A stretch of DNA of 64,000 nucleotides from Antedon mediterranea (Eukaryota; Animalia; Echinodermata). The DNA lies in the NCBI RefSeq assembly GCF_964355755.1, contig NC_092679.1, positions 20,629,432 through 20,693,431 on the forward strand, in the 5' to 3' direction. The position numbers and the translations under genes were made by a program. Of this stretch, positions 56,221 to 64,000 are shown one piece after another (within the stretch, counting starts at the first letter, position 1; each line of letters opens with the position of its first letter). Under the pieces are notes generated by a model. The model saw only the letters and a list, made by a program, of their open reading frames with translations, was not told the DNA's origin and did no database searches.

Positions 56221-56873
56221 AAACATCTCAATATTTTCTGTAATAAATTTATATTTATATGCTTAATACATATAGCTAAAAAAGAGCTAAAATTCATATA
56301 GGAAAGATTTCAGATTATTTGTAAAGAAAGTTAAGTAAAGATTATTTAAGAGATGAGAAACATTAATAAAACAAAACCACGTGTCTGGAAAAAATATTTG
56401 ACATAAGCAGAGAGGTCAAGTAAAGTGACGTCACTTTGGTTAAAAGGATTCATCAAAACAACAACACGTATAGAGGGAGCTATATATCCAATACCAAATT
56501 GGCGAGTAAATCATGTTTTACTTTAAATTAAATTTATACGCTCTTCCACAAGGTCAATTGTTAGTTATACATACAGACTATATTAAAACAATGATTTTGA
56601 ACACGTAGGGCATTTCTTTGAAATCTTTCCTATTGTCGTTTTGTGGTAATTTACAGCTTTTTATATGTTTAACAAACGTACATAATCAATTGCGTCTGCA
56701 TCATGCTAGACTACAACTTCCGGTAGTGACGTAATCAGCATATTTTTGGTAATAAAACTTTTTCACTAAGCTAGGAAATCTTCTGATATCAATATTCATT
56801 AGACCGTACTTTAGTTAGCCAATCAAAATAAACGTATAAACAATTTTGCGGCGATGTTGTTGAGGTAAAATAT

Positions 56874-59800
56874 ACTGTGTTTTACAATAACCAATTTGGT
56901 TAGAGTAAAACACAATGATAAAGAATAGGAAACATTTAATAATATGATAAATGTCATTTACATAGCAATTTAGCACTGTGTTTTACTATAACCAATTTGG
57001 TTAAAGTAAAGAAGAATGATAAAGAATAGGAATTTAATAATATGATATATGACATTTACATAGCAATTTAGCACTGTGTTTTACTATAACCAATTTGGTT
57101 AGAGTAAAACACAATGATAAAGAATAGGAAATATTTAATAATATGATAAATGACATTTACATAGCAATTTAGCACTGTGTTTTACTATAACCAATTTGGT
57201 TAAAGTAAAGCAGAATGATAAAGAATAGGAATTTAATAATATGATATATGACATTTACATAGCAATTTAGCACTGTGTTTTACTATAACCAATTTGGTTA
57301 GAGTAAAACACAATGATAAAGAATAGGAAATATTTAATAATAATGATTATTTACATAGCAATTTAGCACTGTGTTTTACTATAACCAATTTGGTTATAGT
57401 AAAACACAATGATATAGAATAGGAAACATTTAATAATATGATAAATGACATTTACATAGCAATTTATCACTGTGTTTTACTATAACCAATTTGGTTAGAG
57501 TAAAACACAATGATAAAGAATAGGAAACATTTAATAATAATGATTATTTACATAGCAATTTAGCACTGTGTTTTACTATAACCAATTTGGTTATAGTAAA
57601 ACACAATGATAAAGAATAGGAAACATTTAATAATATGATATATGACATTCACATAGCAATTTAGCACTGTGTTTTACTATAACCAATTTGGTTAGAGTAA
57701 AACACAATGATATAGAATAGGAAACATTTAATAATTTGATAAATGACATTTACATAGCAATTTAGCACTGTGTTTTACTATAACCAATTTGGTTAAAGTA
57801 AAACACAATGATAAAGAATAGGAAACACTTAATAATATGATAAATGACATTTACATAGCAATTTAGCACTGTGTTTTACTATAACCAATTTGGTTAAAGT
57901 AAAGCAGAATGATAAAGAATAGGAATTTAATAATATGATATATGACATTTACATAGCAATTTAGCACTGTGTTTTACTATAACCAATTTGGTTAGAGTAA
58001 AACACAATGATAAAGAATAGGAAATATTTAATAATAATGATTATTTACATAGCAATTTAGCACTGTGTTTTACTATAACCAATTTGGTTAAAGTAAAGCA
58101 GAATGATAAAGAATAGGAATTTAATAATATGATATATGACATTTACATAGCAATTTAGCACTGTGTTTTACTATAACCAATTTGGTTAGAGTAAAACACA
58201 ATGATAAAGAATAGGAAATATTTAATAATAATGATTATTTACATAGCAATTTAGCACTGTGTTTTACTATAACCAATTTGGTTATAGTAAAACACAATGA
58301 TATAGAATAGGAAACATTTAATAATATGATAAATGACATTTACATAGCAATTTATCACTGTGTTTTACTATAACCAATTTGGTTAGAGTAAAACACAATG
58401 ATAAAGAATAGGAAACATTTAATAATAATGATTATTTACATAGCAATTTAGCACTGTGTTTTACTATAACCAATTTGGTTATAGTAAAACACAATGATAA
58501 AGAATAGGAAACATTTAATAATATGATATATGACATTCACATAGCAATTTAGCACTGTGTTTTACTATAACCAATTTGGTTAGAGTAAAACACAATGATA
58601 TAGAATAGGAAACATTTAATAATTTGATAAATGACATTTACATAGCAATTTAGCACTGTGTTTTACTATAACCAATTTGGTTAAAGTAAAACACAATGAT
58701 AAAGAATAGGAAACACTTAATAATATGATAAATGACATTTACATAGCAATTTAGCACTGTGTTTTACTATAACCAATTTGGTTAAAGTAAAGCAGAATGA
58801 TAAAGAATAGGAATTTAATAATATGATATATGACATTTACATAGCAATTTAGCACTGTGTTTTACTATAACCAATTTGGTTAGAGTAAAACACAATGATA
58901 AAGAATAGGAAATATTTAATAATAATGATTATTTACATAGCAATTTAGCACTGTGTTTTACTATAACCAATTTGGTTATAGTAAAACACAATGATATAGA
59001 ATAGGAAACATTTAATAATATGATAAATGACATTTACATAGCAATTTATCACTGTGTTTTACTATAACCAATTTGGTTATGGTAAAGCACAATGATATAG
59101 AATAGGAAACATTTAATAATATGATAAATGACATTTACATAGCAATTTAGCACTGTGTTTTACTATAACCAATTTGGTTAAAGTAAAACATAATGATAAA
59201 GAATAGGAAACATTTAATAATATGATAAATGACATTTACATAGCAATTTAGCACTGTGTTTTACTATAACCAATTTGGTTAAAGTAAAGAAGAATGATAA
59301 AGAATAGGAATTTAATAATATGATATATGACATTTACATAGCAATTTAGCACTGTGTTTTACTATAACCAATTTGGTTAGAGTAAAACACAATGATAAAG
59401 AATAGGAAATATTTAATAATATGATAAATGACATTTACATAGCAATTTAGCACTGTGTTTTACTATAACCAATTTGGTTAAAGTAAAGCAGAATGATAAA
59501 GAATAGGAATTTAATAATATGATATATGACATTTACATAGCAATTTAGCACTGTGTTTTACTATAACCAATTTGGTTAGAGTAAAACACAATGATAAAGA
59601 ATAGGAAATATTTAATAATAATGATTATTTACATAGCAATTTAGCACTGTGTTTTACTATAACCAATTTGGTTATAGTAAAACACAATGATATAGAATAG
59701 GAAACATTTAATAATATGATAAATGACATTTACATAGCAATTTATCACTGTGTTTTACTATAACCAATTTGGTTAGAGTAAAACACAATGATAAAGAATA

Positions 59801-62800
59801 GGAAACATTTAATAATAATGATTATTTACATAGCAATTTAGCACTGTGTTTTACTATAACCAATTTGGTTATAGTAAAACACAATGATAAAGAATAGGAA
59901 ACATTTAATAATATGATATATGACATTCACATAGCAATTTAGCACTGTGTTTTACTATAACCAATTTGGTTAGAGTAAAACACAATGATATAGAATAGGA
60001 AACATTTAATAATTTGATAAATGACATTTACATAGCAATTTAGCACTGTGTTTTACTATAACCAATTTGGTTAAAGTAAAACACAATGATAAAGAATAGG
60101 AAACACTTAATAATATGATAAATGACATTTACATAGCAATTTAGCACTGTGTTTTACTATAACCAATTTGGTTAAAGTAAAGCAGAATGATAAAGAATAG
60201 GAATTTAATAATATGATATATGACATTTACATAGCAATTTAGCACTGTGTTTTACTATAACCAATTTGGTTAGAGTAAAACACAATGATAAAGAATAGGA
60301 AATATTTAATAATAATGATTATTTACATAGCAATTTAGCACTGTGTTTTACTATAACCAATTTGGTTAAAGTAAAGCAGAATGATAAAGAATAGGAATTT
60401 AATAATATGATATATGACATTTACATAGCAATTTAGCACTGTGTTTTACTATAACCAATTTGGTTAGAGTAAAACACAATGATAAAGAATAGGAAATATT
60501 TAATAATAATGATTATTTACATAGCAATTTAGCACTGTGTTTTACTATAACCAATTTGGTTATAGTAAAACACAATGATATAGAATAGGAAACATTTAAT
60601 AATATGATAAATGACATTTACATAGCAATTTATCACTGTGTTTTACTATAACCAATTTGGTTAGAGTAAAACACAATGATAAAGAATAGGAAACATTTAA
60701 TAATAATGATTATTTACATAGCAATTTAGCACTGTGTTTTACTATAACCAATTTGGTTATAGTAAAACACAATGATAAAGAATAGGAAACATTTAATAAT
60801 ATGATATATGACATTCACATAGCAATTTAGCACTGTGTTTTACTATAACCAATTTGGTTAGAGTAAAACACAATGATATAGAATAGGAAACATTTAATAA
60901 TTTGATAAATGACATTTACATAGCAATTTAGCACTGTGTTTTACTATAACCAATTTGGTTAAAGTAAAACACAATGATAAAGAATAGGAAACACTTAATA
61001 ATATGATAAATGACATTTACATAGCAATTTAGCACTGTGTTTTACTATAACCAATTTAGTTAAAGTAAAGCAGAATGATAAAGAATAGGAATTTAATAAT
61101 ATGATATATGACATTTACATAGCAATTTATCACTGTGTTTTACTATAACCAATTTGGTTAGAGTAAAACACAATGATAAAGAATAGGAAACATTTAATAA
61201 TAATGATTATTTACATAGCAATTTAGCACTGTGTTTTACTATAACCAATTTGGTTATAGTAAAACACAATGATAAAGAATAGGAAACATTTAATAATATG
61301 ATATATGACATTCACATAGCAATTTAGCACTGTGTTTTACTATAACCAATTTGGTTAAAGTAAAACATAATGATAAAGAATAGGAAACATTTAATAATAT
61401 GATAAATGACATTTACATAGCAATTTAGCACTGTGTTTTACTATAACCAATTTGGTTAAAGTAAAGAAGAATGATAAAGAATAGGAATTTAATAATATGA
61501 TATATGACATTTACATAGCAATTTAGCACTGTGTTTTACTATAACCAATTTGGTTAGAGTAAAACACAATGATAAAGAATAGGAAATATTTAATAATATG
61601 ATAAATGACATTTACATAGCAATTTAGCACTGTGTTTTACTATAACCAATTTGGTTAAAGTAAAGCAGAATGATAAAGAATAGGAATTTAATAATATGAT
61701 ATATGACATTTACATAGCAATTTAGCACTGTGTTTTACTATAACCAATTTGGTTAGAGTAAAACACAATGATAAAGAATAGGAAATATTTAATAATAATG
61801 ATTATTTACATAGCAATTTAGCACTGTGTTTTACTATAACCAATTTGGTTATAGTAAAACACAATGATATAGAATAGGAAACATTTAATAATATGATAAA
61901 TGACATTTACATAGCAATTTATCACTGTGTTTTACTATAACCAATTTGGTTAGAGTAAAACACAATGATAAAGAATAGGAAACATTTAATAATAATGATT
62001 ATTTACATAGCAATTTAGCACTGTGTTTTACTATAACCAATTTGGTTATAGTAAAACACAATGATAAAGAATAGGAAACATTTAATAATATGATATATGA
62101 CATTCACATAGCAATTTAGCACTGTGTTTTACTATAACCAATTTGGTTAGAGTAAAACACAATGATATAGAATAGGAAACATTTAATAATTTGATAAATG
62201 ACATTTACATAGCAATTTAGCACTGTGTTTTACTATAACCAATTTGGTTAAAGTAAAACACAATGATAAAGAATAGGAAACACTTAATAATATGATAAAT
62301 GACATTTACATAGCAATTTAGCACTGTGTTTTACTATAACCAATTTGGTTAAAGTAAAGCAGAATGATAAAGAATAGGAATTTAATAATATGATATATGA
62401 CATTTACATAGCAATTTAGCACTGTGTTTTACTATAACCAATTTGGTTAGAGTAAAACACAATGATAAAGAATAGGAAATATTTAATAATAATGATTATT
62501 TACATAGCAATTTAGCACTGTGTTTTACTATAACCAATTTGGTTAAAGTAAAGCAGAATGATAAAGAATAGGAATTTAATAATATGATATATGACATTTA
62601 CATAGCAATTTAGCACTGTGTTTTACTATAACCAATTTGGTTAGAGTAAAACACAATGATAAAGAATAGGAAATATTTAATAATAATGATTATTTACATA
62701 GCAATTTAGCACTGTGTTTTACTATAACCAATTTGGTTATAGTAAAACACAATGATATAGAATAGGAAACATTTAATAATATGATAAATGACATTTACAT

Positions 62801-64000
62801 AGCAATTTATCACTGTGTTTTACTATAACCAATTTGGTTAGAGTAAAACACAATGATAAAGAATAGGAAACATTTAATAATAATGATTATTTACATAGCA
62901 ATTTAGCACTGTGTTTTACTATAACCAATTTGGTTATAGTAAAACACAATGATAAAGAATAGGAAACATTTAATAATATGATATATGACATTCACATAGC
63001 AATTTAGCACTGTGTTTTACTATAACCAATTTGGTTAGAGTAAAACACAATGATATAGAATAGGAAACATTTAATAATTTGATAAATGACATTTACATAG
63101 CAATTTAGCACTGTGTTTTACTATAACCAATTTGGTTAAAGTAAAACACAATGATAAAGAATAGGAAACACTTAATAATATGATAAATGACATTTACATA
63201 GCAATTTAGCACTGTGTTTTACTATAACCAATTTGGTTAAAGTAAAGCAGAATGATAAAGAATAGGAATTTAATAATATGATATATGACATTTACATAGC
63301 AATTTATCACTGTGTTTTACTATAACCAATTTGGTTAGAGTAAAACACAATGATAAAGAATAGGAAACATTTAATAATAATGATTATTTACATAGCAATT
63401 TAGCACTGTGTTTTACTATAACCAATTTGGTTATAGTAAAACACAATGATAAAGAATAGGAAACATTTAATAATATGATATATGACATTCACATAGCAAT
63501 TTAGCACTGTGTTTTACTATAACCAATTTGGTTAGAGTAAAACACAATGATATAGAATAGGAAACATTTAATAATTTGATAAATGACATTTACATAGCAA
63601 TTTAGCACTGTGTTTTACTATAACCAATTTGGTTAAAGTAAAACACAATGATAAAGAATAGGAAACACTTAATAATATGATAAATGACATTTACATAGCA
63701 ATTTAGCACTGTGTTTTACTATAACCAATTTGGTTAAAGTAAAGCAGAATGATAAAGAATAGGAATTTAATAATATGATATATGACATTTACATAGCAAT
63801 TTAGCACTGTGTTTTACTATAACCAATTTGGTTAGAGTAAAACACAATGATAAAGAATAGGAAATATTTAATAATAATGATTATTTACATAGCAATTTAG
63901 CACTGTGTTTTACTATAACCAATTTGGTTAAAGTAAAGCAGAATGATAAAGAATAGGAATTTAATAATATGATATATGACATTTACATAGCAATTTAGCA
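56874..64000. repeat. Satellite DNA array, 96/98/101-bp monomers, ~72 copies, higher-order structure; continues past the window end
   Basis: Monomer ACTGTGTTTTACTATAACCAATTTGGTTAGAGTAAAACACAATGATAAAGAATAGGAAACATTTAATAATATGATAAATGACATTTACATAGCAATTTAGC. The diagnostic variant CACTT recurs at 57826, 58714, 60104, 60992, 62281, 63169 and 63666. Confidence 0.98.

Noticed and set aside
56874-64000. CRISPR-like array (palindromic repeat plus spacer)
   Set aside because: The intervening sequences are near-identical rather than unique spacers, there are no cas genes, and the context is eukaryotic; this is a satellite.

Overview
AT-rich, intron-rich animal genomic DNA. An invertebrate deuterostome such as an echinoderm is my guess from repeat content and exon structure; it is not demonstrable from this window. 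Left to right: (1) 5' part of a minus-strand secreted protein with a prokaryote-like DNRLRE-type domain (1-513, absent from the ORF track); (2) two tandem barrier-to-autointegration factor (BAF/BANF1) paralogs whose proteins have diverged much more than their introns and UTRs; (3) between them a 6-exon sororin/CDCA5 gene (KEN box, FGF motif, C-terminal MNAEF motif) with a duplicated, possibly newly born in-frame exon; (4) MOCS1 with the conserved bicistronic MOCS1A/MOCS1B architecture; (5) a ~28 kb, ~46-exon ANAPC1 gene whose last splice acceptor is duplicated; (6) from 56874 to the end, a ~100-bp satellite whose monomers each contain a 39-bp palindrome and form nested higher-order repeats. 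Introns hold many tRNA-SINEs, MITEs (Harbinger-, Kolobok- and Ginger-like), a Helitron and short tandem duplications. Gene models were assembled by eye from splice sites and reading phase; no database searches were run.
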